Source: an uncultured Gemmatimonadales bacterium
Lineage (GTDB): Bacteria; Gemmatimonadota; Gemmatimonadetes; Longimicrobiales; Gaopeijiaceae
Assembly: GCA_963823035.1 (NCBI GenBank)
Contig: CAWGKG010000002.1
Location: 1 to 15,700, forward strand
DNA: 15,700 nt
Direction: 5' to 3'
Of the stretch, positions 8,782-15,700 are shown in pieces. The translations under genes and the position numbers were made by a program. Within the stretch, counting starts at the first letter, position 1; every line of letters begins with the position of its first letter. The notes beneath the pieces were generated by a model. The model did not search any database and was not told the DNA's origin. It worked only from the letters and a program-made list of their open reading frames with translations.

Positions 8782-8845
8782 GGAAGGGGGCCTGCCCAGG
8801 CCGTAGGGGAACGCCCTACGGTTCGTGAGGGAGGCCCCCGCTTCC
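8782..8845. repeat. Long nested hairpin with a GTAG-type REP-like core; possible terminator or mRNA stabiliser after the S9 gene
   Basis: Inner CCGTAGGG-GAACG-CCCTACGG (8801-8821); outer pairs GGGGGCCT(8786-8793)/AGGCCCCC(8832-8839) and GGAA(8782-8785)/TTCC(8842-8845). Confidence 0.6.
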
Positions 8846-8906
8846 CGCCTGCGGTCCCGAGCGCTACCCTTCGGAACCCATGTTTCCCCGCCCTAGAGGA
8901 CGCGAC

Positions 8907-9572
8907 ATGACGAGTGCCTGGACACGGCTACCGGCTGCCGCCCTGATCACGATTCTCGCTACCGCCTGCTCCCCGGGCAGCGAGACCGCCGATACCGCGC
9001 AACAGCCCGCCCAGGGCCTTCCCGAGGGGCATCCGCCCATCAACGGAGCCAACGGGACCGTGGCCACGGCGAACGGTCCCGGAGGCGTGGTCCTCGAGAC
9101 GATGGACGGTGGCGGCTACACCTACGTCCGCCTGGGCGCCGCCGACCAGGAGATCTGGGTGGCCGGCCCCGTGACGCCGATCGCGGTGGGTGACACGGTC
9201 CAGTTGATGAACCCCATGTCCATGGGCTCGTTCGCCAGCAAGGCGCTCGACCGCACGTTCGACAACCTCTACTTCGCGGACGGCTTCGTGAAGCCGGGCC
9301 AGACGCCCCCTTCGTCGGCCGCCCACCCGGGTGCCGAAGGGATGAGTGGGGTGATCCAGGAGACGATGGACGCCGGCGGCTACACCTACGTGCGCATCAC
9401 GAACAACGGCAAGGACATCTGGCTCGCCGGCCCCCAGACGGTGGTGTCCGAGGGCCAGACGGTCACGTGGAGCGGCGGCATGGTCATGCGCAACTTCACG
9501 AGCAACACGCTGAGCCGCACGTTCGACCAGATCTACTTCGTCAACGCGCTGACGGTGGTCGAGGGCGGCTGA
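8907..9572 (+). CDS. Lipoprotein with two tandem NrfJ-like small beta-barrel domains
   Basis: ATG at 8907 with GAGGA upstream; lipobox-like ILATA|C; LPEGHPPI linker motif; two ~67-aa repeats GVxxETMDxGGYTYVR...IWxAGP...MxxFxSxxLxRTFDxxYF. The NrfJ resemblance is recalled, not searched. Confidence 0.78.
   Translation: MTSAWTRLPAAALITILATACSPGSETADTAQQPAQGLPEGHPPINGANGTVATANGPGGVVLETMDGGGYTYVRLGAADQEIWVAGPVTPIAVGDTVQLMNPMSMGSFASKALDRTFDNLYFADGFVKPGQTPPSSAAHPGAEGMSGVIQETMDAGGYTYVRITNNGKDIWLAGPQTVVSEGQTVTWSGGMVMRNFTSNTLSRTFDQIYFVNALTVVEGG
9081..9545 (+). repeat. Intragenic domain duplication (copies at ~9081-9281 and ~9345-9545)
   Basis: GAGACGATGGACGGTGGCGGCTACACCTACGTCCGC vs GAGACGATGGACGCCGGCGGCTACACCTACGTGCGC (3 mismatches in 36 nt); CCGCACGTTCGAC occurs in both copies. 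Confidence 0.85.
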
Positions 9573-9600
9573 GCCGCCCCCGACCCTCGGTCCGCAGGGA

Positions 9601-12600
9601 CTAGCGGATCGCCCGTCCCGGCGTCCACGGCACGCCGGCCTCGTCCATGGCGCGGAAGAACGCCGGCATCCGCTCGCCCACCATCTGGTTCAGGCGGGTC
9701 ACCTGAGCGTCCAGCGCCTCCGGGACGCGCTCCAGCGCCTCGCGCTCCTGCGCGGTCGGCATCGCGGTCGCCCGTAGCACCCCACCCGCGAAAGCCAGGA
9801 GCTGACGGAGGCTGCGCGGGCCGTTGCCGCCACCGCCTCCGAAGCCGCCACCGCCCGCGCCCAGCTTCGTGCGGATGTCGTCCAGGTCGCGCTGCAGCCC
9901 CGACGCCGTCCCTCCGAGCGAGGCCGGCGCGTCGACGTTCCCCAGCGCGGTCCGCGCGGCCGCGATCTGGTCACGCAGCTCGTCCGACTGGCGGATCGCC
10001 ATGGTGAGCTTCGCGTTCAGGTTCATCTGGCGCATGCGCACCTGGTACAGCTCGGCGAGCTGGGCGTCGGTGAGCGTCACGGCCGGGTCCTTCTTCACCG
10101 TGAACGGCTGCTCCTGCGTGGCGCCGCCCACCGTCATCCGCGCGGTGTAGCGCCCCGGTACGACCGGCGCGCCCCCGTTGCCACCGCCGAATCCGAAGCC
10201 GCCGCCGCCGAACCCTCCCTGGTTGGCCGGACGCTCCACGGGCGGCCCCGAGTACGGCGCGTCCGTGCGGAAGTCCCAGAGCACGTGGTGCAGCCCCGCG
10301 GTGGTCGGCGCGGTGAGCGTGCGCACCACCTCGCCCGACGAGGCGACGATCTCGAGCTTCATCGCCGACGCGGACGACCGCAGGAGGTAGGACACGTTCG
10401 TGCCGACGGGCGGATTCGCGCCCGCGTAGTCACGCGCGGCGTGCGTCCCGCTCGTGGGCGAGGGGTCCGGCGTGAAGAGAAGGTCCGACTTCACCGGGAA
10501 GAGGAAGGGACCGTCCGCGGCCTTCGCCTCGGCGAGGTGCTCCAGCGGGCCCAGGTCGTCGAGCAGCCAGAACCCACGCCCGTGCGAGGCGATCACCAGG
10601 GTGTTCTCCCGCTGCTGGATCGCCAGGTCGTCCACGCGCACCGTCGGCATGCCGCCCTGGAGACGGGTCCAGCTGCCGCCCGTGTCCGTCGAGACGTACA
10701 CGCCCCGCTCCGTGCCCACGAAGAGGAGCGCCGGGTTGCGGGGGTGCTCGACGAAGGAGTGCACGTTCCCGAAGTCCGGCAGATCGTGCGTGATGTTGGC
10801 CCACGACTTGCCGCCGTCCGCGCTGCGGACGACGTATGGATGGAAGTCGTTCGAGCGGTGGTTGTCGAAGGTGACGTACATCACCGAGGCGTCGTGCGCC
10901 GACAGGCGCACCTTGCTCACGTAGGCCGTGTCCGGCACGCCCGGGAACCGCGTCTGCTTCGTCCACGTGCCACCGTCGTCGGTCGAGATGGCCACCACGC
11001 CGTCGTCCGAGCCCGTGATGAGGAGCCCGCGCTGGACCGACGAGAGGTCGACGTCGGAGATCGTGCTGAAGTCGACGACGCCCTCGTGCCGCGCCACCGC
11101 GTCCCGCTCCGGGACCTTGCCCATCATCGGCAGGCTGTCCTCGTCGATGTTGCGCGTGAGGTCCTCTCCCAGCCGCGTCCACGTGTCGCCCCGGTCCGCG
11201 GAGCGGAAGAGGTGGTTCGCCGCGAAGTAGACCGTGTTGTGGTCCCACGGCGAGATCTTGATCGGCGAGCTCCAGTTGAAGCGGTACTCCGGTTCCCCCT
11301 CCGGCGCCTGCGGCTGGATCGGCTTGCGGTCGCCGGTGCGCCGGTCGTAGCGGAGGATGTTGCCCATCTGCGACTCCACGTAGGCGATGTTCGGGTCCGT
11401 CGGGTCGATGGCGGCGTAGAAGCCGTCGCCGCCCGCCATCCCGTACCAGTCGGAGTTGTAGATGCCGTCGTTCGAGCGGGTGCGACTCGGGCCGCCCCAC
11501 GTGCTGTTGTCCTGGAGGCCGCCCGCGATGCCGAAGAACGGCTCGGCGTTGTCGACCGAGACCGCGTAGAACTGCGAGACCGGGAGGTTCGGGCTGAAGT
11601 CCCAGGTCTGGCCCGCGTCGCGTGACACGTACAGCCCACCGTCGTTGCCCAGGATCAGGTGGTCCGGGTTCTCCGGGTTGATCCACAGCGCGTGGTGGTC
11701 GGAGTGCGGCCCGCGGCCCGTGCGCTCCCAGGTGGCACCGCCGTCGTGCGAGACCTGGAAGCCCACGCCCAGGTGGTAGACCGTGTCCGGGTCCTTCGGA
11801 TCGACGCGGATCTCACCGAAGTACCAGGGAATGGACTGGATGTCGCTCATCTTCCGCCACGTCGCGCCCGCGTCGTCCGAGCGGTACACGCCGTGCTCCG
11901 ACCCCTCGATCACGGCATAGACGGTGTTCGGCTGCGACATGGATACGTCGAGCCCGATCCGGCCCATGTCCGACTTCGGGAGCCCCGCCGACAGGCGCGT
12001 CCACGTCTCGCCGCCGTCCGTCGACTTCCAGATGCCGCTCCCCGGCCCACCGCCCACGTAGCTGTAGGCGCGCCGCTCACGCTGATGCGTGGCCGCGTAC
12101 ATCACGTCCGGGTGCCACGGGTCCAGCACCAGGTCCGCCGCGCCCGTGTACTGATCCACCGAGAGCGTCTGCTTCCACGTCGCGCCGCCGTCGGTCGTCT
12201 TGAAGACGCCGCGCTGGCCGCCCGCGGCCCACATCGGCCCCGCCGCGGCCACCCAGACCACGTCCGGGTTGGTCGGGTGCACGCGGATGCGCCCCACCTG
12301 CTGGGAGGTCTCGAGCCCCATGTTCGTCCACGTCTCGCCGCCGTCCACGGACTTGTAGACGCCGTCGCCGTAGGAGACCGAGCGCTGGTTGTTGTCCTCG
12401 CCCGTGCCCACCCAGACGATCGACGAGTTGGACGGGGCCACGGCCACCGCGCCGATCGAAGCCACGTCCTCGTGGTCGAAGACCGACGTCCAGCTCATGC
12501 CGCCGTTCGTGGTCTTCCACACGCCGCCGCTGGCCGCGCCCACGTAGAAGACCGTGCCCAGCTCACCACCCATCGTCCCCGGTGAGGACGCGACCGCGAT

Positions 12601-12798
12601 GTCCTCGATGCGTCCGCTCATCACGGCGGGTCCGATCGAGCGCACCGTCAGGGTCGCCACCAGCGAGGAGTCGGAGAGGTCGGCCGGGCCCGTGGCCCGC
12701 GGCCGGCCGCCGCCGGCCCGTTGCTGAGCGGCGAGCGGGGTCGCCGCGAGGATCAGGGCGGCGGGGAGGAGGACCTTACGGAGAAAAGGGCGCGCCAT
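9601..12798 (-). CDS. Exported BNR/Asp-box repeat beta-propeller protein (VPS10/sortilin-like; usually auto-annotated 'glycosyl hydrolase') with Ig-like and helical C-terminal regions
   Basis: About 11 Asp-boxes (KTTNGGMSW, KSVDGGETW, KTTDGGATW, KSTDGGETW, RSDDAGATW, VSHDGGATW, VSRDAGQTW, RSADRGDTW, ISTDDGGTW, RSADGGKSW, VSTDTGGSW). Family motifs RSIGPAVMSGRI, HSDHHALWINP, GNDGG, GGLQDN, GGDGF, RFNWSSP, SHGRGFWLLDD. ATG at 12798; signal ...LILAATPLAA|QQ. Confidence 0.88.
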   Translation of the reverse strand: MARPFLRKVLLPAALILAATPLAAQQRAGGGRPRATGPADLSDSSLVATLTVRSIGPAVMSGRIEDIAVASSPGTMGGELGTVFYVGAASGGVWKTTNGGMSWTSVFDHEDVASIGAVAVAPSNSSIVWVGTGEDNNQRSVSYGDGVYKSVDGGETWTNMGLETSQQVGRIRVHPTNPDVVWVAAAGPMWAAGGQRGVFKTTDGGATWKQTLSVDQYTGAADLVLDPWHPDVMYAATHQRERRAYSYVGGGPGSGIWKSTDGGETWTRLSAGLPKSDMGRIGLDVSMSQPNTVYAVIEGSEHGVYRSDDAGATWRKMSDIQSIPWYFGEIRVDPKDPDTVYHLGVGFQVSHDGGATWERTGRGPHSDHHALWINPENPDHLILGNDGGLYVSRDAGQTWDFSPNLPVSQFYAVSVDNAEPFFGIAGGLQDNSTWGGPSRTRSNDGIYNSDWYGMAGGDGFYAAIDPTDPNIAYVESQMGNILRYDRRTGDRKPIQPQAPEGEPEYRFNWSSPIKISPWDHNTVYFAANHLFRSADRGDTWTRLGEDLTRNIDEDSLPMMGKVPERDAVARHEGVVDFSTISDVDLSSVQRGLLITGSDDGVVAISTDDGGTWTKQTRFPGVPDTAYVSKVRLSAHDASVMYVTFDNHRSNDFHPYVVRSADGGKSWANITHDLPDFGNVHSFVEHPRNPALLFVGTERGVYVSTDTGGSWTRLQGGMPTVRVDDLAIQQRENTLVIASHGRGFWLLDDLGPLEHLAEAKAADGPFLFPVKSDLLFTPDPSPTSGTHAARDYAGANPPVGTNVSYLLRSSASAMKLEIVASSGEVVRTLTAPTTAGLHHVLWDFRTDAPYSGPPVERPANQGGFGGGGFGFGGGNGGAPVVPGRYTARMTVGGATQEQPFTVKKDPAVTLTDAQLAELYQVRMRQMNLNAKLTMAIRQSDELRDQIAAARTALGNVDAPASLGGTASGLQRDLDDIRTKLGAGGGGFGGGGGNGPRSLRQLLAFAGGVLRATAMPTAQEREALERVPEALDAQVTRLNQMVGERMPAFFRAMDEAGVPWTPGRAIR

Positions 12799-12896
12799 GG
12801 GGGAATCCACCTTGTTGGCGTAGGAGTCGGCTGGGCAGACGACGGGCCCGGGGTGCGGCCTCGATCCCTGTCCCGGGCCGCGTGTCCCGTGCGCAG

Positions 12897-12997
12897 CCTA
12901 TCGTCGGGGGGTGGGGGTGGTTCGGCAAGGGTGGGGGGAAGCCGGATCGAGGCTCCGGCGACGATGGCGAGCAGGGGGACCGCGCCCTATCGTCGGG
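12897..12997 (+). promoter_or_regulatory. 12-bp direct repeat CCTATCGTCGGG in the divergent promoter region
   Basis: Exact copies at 12897-12908 and 12986-12997, each containing the TAnnnT hexamer TATCGT. The second copy ends 39 nt before the ATG at 13037. Confidence 0.45.
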
Positions 12998-13036
12998 AAC
13001 GTCGGGCCCTTCTCCGATCGCCACCCGGAGGTCTCC

Positions 13037-15157
13037 ATGATCGTCCAACGCCGCCGCCGCACCGCCGCCCTACCCTCCGTAGCGCTCGCCCTGGCTCTGG
13101 CCGCCGCGGCACCCGCGGCCGTGGGGGCCCAGGCCGCCGCCACGGGGGACGTGCTCCAGGCGCGCGACGTCTTCGACATGGAGTTCGTCGTCGACCCGCA
13201 GATCTCACCCGACGGGATGCGAGCCGTGTACGTGCGCCAGTTCGCGGATATCATGTCCGACGAGCGCTACGCCAACCTGTGGGCGGTGAACACCGACGGA
13301 AGCGGCGCGCGCGCCCTCACCACGGGCAACTTCGGTGACGCATCGCCCCGGTGGTCCCCGGACGGGTCCCGCCTCCTCTTCGTGTCGGACCGCGACGGGT
13401 CGGCTCAGATCTGGATCTACTGGATGGACACGGGCCAGCTCACCCGCGTCACCAACGTGCAGCGCTCTCCGCTGAACCCGGCGTGGTCGCCCGACGGCCG
13501 CTGGATCGCCTTCACCATGCTCGTGCCGGGCGAGCGCCGGCAGATCGCCCAGTTGCCGGCGCCGCCGCAGGGTGCCGAGTGGCACGCCCCGGCGCGGGTC
13601 CTGGACCGCCTCGTCTACCAGTTCAACGGCGTAGGCGAGCTGGAGGCGGGATACGGCCACCTCTTCGTCGTACCCGCCGAGGGCGGCACCGCCCGCCAGA
13701 TCTCCAGCGGTGAGCACCACTTCGGCGGCGGCGCCGGCCGGGGGTCGGGATCGCCCTCGTGGACCCCCGACGGCAAGGAGATCCTCATCTCCGCCAACCT
13801 GCGTCCCGACGCGGAGATCGAGAGCCGCGACACGGAGGTCTATGCCTTCGACGTCGCCACCGGCCGCATGCGCGCCCTCACGGACCGGCGGGGCCCGGAC
13901 AACGGCCCCGTCGCTTCGCCCGACCGCAAGCTCATCGCCTACACCGGCTTCGACGACCGGCACCAGGGCTACCAGGTCACGCGGCTCTACGTGATGAACC
14001 GCGACGGCTCGGGTGCGCGGGTCGTCACCGCCGAGCTGGACCGCGACGCGGGCGACCCCGCGTGGGCTGCCGACGGCTCCGGGCTCTATTTCCAGTACGA
14101 CGACCAGGGCGACACCAAGGTAGGCTTCGTCCCCCTGCGGGGCGGCGCCGTGCGCACGCTCGCCCAGCACGTGGGCACGGGGGGCTCGTCCTACGCCGGG
14201 GGCAGCTATTCCGTCTCCCGCGACGGGCGCATCGCCTTCACGTGGTCCACGCCGATGGTGCCCGGCGACTTGGCCGTGACCGGCCCCGGCGGCGCCGGGA
14301 GCCGCGTGGTCACGGCGGTCAACGAGGACCTGCTGGGCCACAAGACGCTGGGCGGGACCGAGGAGTTCTGGTACGAGTCGTCCAAGGACGGCCGCCGCAT
14401 CCAGGGGTGGATCATCAAGCCCCCGCGCTTCGACCCCGCGCGGAAGTACCCCCTCCTCCTGGAGATCCACGGCGGACCTTTCGCGAACTACGGCGACCGC
14501 TTCGACGTGGAGAAGCAGGTGTGGGCCGCCGACGGGTTCGTGGTCCTCTACGTGAACCCGCGCGGGAGCACCAGCTACGGCGAGGAGTTCGGTAACCTCA
14601 TCCACTACGCCTATCCCGGCGACGACTTCTTCGACCTCGATGCAGGCGTGGACGCGGTCATCGCCAAGGGGTACGTGTCCCCCGACAGCCTTTACGTCAC
14701 CGGCGGATCGGGGGGCGGGGTGCTCACGGCCTGGATGATCGGCCGCACCGACCGGTTCCGCGCCGCCGTGGTGCAGTACCCGGTCATCGACTGGTACTCG
14801 TTCGCGCTCACGTCCGACATCCCCTCCACGGTGAACCGCTACTGGTTCCCGGGGCCGCCCTGGGAGAACCTCGAGCAGTACCACGAGCGCTCGGTGATCT
14901 CCCTGGCGGGCAAGGTCAAGACGCCCACCATGATCATCACGGGCGAGGCGGACCACCGCACGCCCATGTCCGAGTCGGAGCAGTACTACCAGGCCCTCAA
15001 GATCGCCGGCGTGGAGGCCGTGCTGGTGAAGGTACCCGACGAGCCTCACGGCATCCGTCGCTTCCCCAGCCATCACATGGACAAGATCGCCTTCATCCAG
15101 GGGTGGATGGACCGGTACCGGCAAGGGGCGGCGAAGCGTCCCATCAGCGACCGATAG
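13037..15157 (+). CDS. Exported S9 family peptidase (S9C, acylaminoacyl-peptidase/DPP5-like) with PD40/TolB-type propeller
   Basis: YPLLLEIHGGP, YVNPRGSTSYGEEF, nucleophile TGGSGGG, Asp in GEADHRTP, His in DEPHGI; repeats PQISPDG, PRWSPDG, PAWSPDG, PSWTPDG. ATG at 13037 with GGAGG at 13027-13031; signal ...ALALAAAAPAAVGA|Q. Confidence 0.94.
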   Translation: MIVQRRRRTAALPSVALALALAAAAPAAVGAQAAATGDVLQARDVFDMEFVVDPQISPDGMRAVYVRQFADIMSDERYANLWAVNTDGSGARALTTGNFGDASPRWSPDGSRLLFVSDRDGSAQIWIYWMDTGQLTRVTNVQRSPLNPAWSPDGRWIAFTMLVPGERRQIAQLPAPPQGAEWHAPARVLDRLVYQFNGVGELEAGYGHLFVVPAEGGTARQISSGEHHFGGGAGRGSGSPSWTPDGKEILISANLRPDAEIESRDTEVYAFDVATGRMRALTDRRGPDNGPVASPDRKLIAYTGFDDRHQGYQVTRLYVMNRDGSGARVVTAELDRDAGDPAWAADGSGLYFQYDDQGDTKVGFVPLRGGAVRTLAQHVGTGGSSYAGGSYSVSRDGRIAFTWSTPMVPGDLAVTGPGGAGSRVVTAVNEDLLGHKTLGGTEEFWYESSKDGRRIQGWIIKPPRFDPARKYPLLLEIHGGPFANYGDRFDVEKQVWAADGFVVLYVNPRGSTSYGEEFGNLIHYAYPGDDFFDLDAGVDAVIAKGYVSPDSLYVTGGSGGGVLTAWMIGRTDRFRAAVVQYPVIDWYSFALTSDIPSTVNRYWFPGPPWENLEQYHERSVISLAGKVKTPTMIITGEADHRTPMSESEQYYQALKIAGVEAVLVKVPDEPHGIRRFPSHHMDKIAFIQGWMDRYRQGAAKRPISDR

Positions 15158-15183
15158 TCACCTCGGAAGTCGGCTGATCCCCT

Positions 15184-15654
15184 TCATCGGAGGGTGAGGG
15201 CGTAGACGGCACTGCACCACGCCACGAAGCTGACGGCCACGCGCACTCTGCTCCACCGTACCCATCGGCGCACCGTTGACGTGACCGCACCGGCGGATAG
15301 ACCGGCGCCATGGCCCATGAACAGCCGCACGAGGGTGGGCCTGAAGTAGAGAAGAGTCGTCGCGACCACGGCGAGCTCCGCGAGGGCCGCGAACGTTTGC
15401 CACGCGCGCTGCGGGGCCGGGATCTGGAATCCAGAGGCCAATGCCAGGATCGCGGACACCGCCACTGCCGAGGTCATGTAGGCCCAGAAGCGGACGCCTG
15501 CATCGATCGCCACCCTCCCGTACGGGTTGCCTGCGGCAAGCGTCTCGGGAACACCATTCGCCCAAAGCGGAACGACGATTCTCGCTTCGTACACACCCGC
15601 GCCCAGATCGAGACCCAGCACGACGACGAACAGAAAGAGAGGAACAGGAGCCAT
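15184..15654 (-). CDS. DUF1772/anthrone-oxygenase-like small membrane protein
   Basis: 156 aa from ATG 15654 (GAGG upstream); four hydrophobic segments; family-like pattern G..YE..IVVPLW...RFW...YFRP...RRWVRWSRVR. Confidence 0.68.
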   Translation of the reverse strand: MAPVPLFLFVVVLGLDLGAGVYEARIVVPLWANGVPETLAAGNPYGRVAIDAGVRFWAYMTSAVAVSAILALASGFQIPAPQRAWQTFAALAELAVVATTLLYFRPTLVRLFMGHGAGLSAGAVTSTVRRWVRWSRVRVAVSFVAWCSAVYALTLR

Positions 15655-15700
15655 GAGGTCCTCACATGCACCAGGAGCGATATCGCTGCCCACCTACACG

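Noticed and set aside
9573..9600. Terminator between the convergent lipoprotein and propeller genes
   Set aside because: Only a 4-bp stem (GACC-CTC-GGTC) with no U-tract; too weak to call.
10670..12520. Recurrent CCACGTCTCGCCGCCGTC-like DNA repeats as a CRISPR or tandem array
   Set aside because: They are irregularly spaced, degenerate and in frame, and simply encode the Asp-box (DGGETW) repeats.
13037..13130. Tat signal in the S9C peptidase (QRRRRTAAL), and RR in the M1 signal (GRRTVP)
   Set aside because: Neither matches S/T-R-R-x-F-L-K, and Arg-rich n-regions are common in high-GC Sec signals.
13200..14080. tolB assignment from the SPDG repeats
   Set aside because: The repeats are the propeller of an S9 peptidase with a complete C-terminal Ser-Asp-His domain, and no tol-pal genes are adjacent.
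826..15124. Long overlapping or antisense ORFs (e.g. 826..2409, 1203..2789, 4866..6188, 5966..8650, 6217..7932, 10285..11625, 13205..15124)
   Set aside because: Shadow ORFs expected from high GC3 and stop-codon scarcity. They are Arg/Gly/Pro/Ala-rich or mirror the real genes, have no family motifs and overlap well-supported CDSs.
1..15700. tRNA, rRNA, CRISPR-Cas, transposase/integrase or anti-phage defence genes
   Set aside because: No such motifs were recognised. Intergenic gaps are all under ~240 bp and show no cloverleaf or repeat-spacer pattern. The 252-aa orphan gives no positive evidence for a defence role.

Overview
Very GC-rich (roughly 70% by eye), gene-dense bacterial window. Gene content and signal-peptide style suggest Gemmatimonadota or a related FCB-group organism, but that is inference only. 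It holds nine coding regions: the frameshift-riddled 3' end of a DUF5916-like outer-membrane beta-barrel, an M1 zinc aminopeptidase, an S46 dipeptidyl-peptidase broken by three indels, an unassignable 252-aa cytoplasmic protein, two S9 serine peptidases, a lipoprotein with two tandem NrfJ-like domains, a large Asp-box/VPS10-type beta-propeller protein, and a DUF1772-like membrane protein with atypical codon usage. The most striking signal is four exported exopeptidases of three families clustered with a sortilin-like propeller and a barrel, a candidate peptide-scavenging locus. All five signal-peptidase-I substrates are predicted to start with Gln (Q-rule/pyroglutamate capping). I found no rRNA, tRNA, CRISPR array or transposase. 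The indels most likely reflect long-read sequencing error. Family calls come from motif recognition, not database searches.
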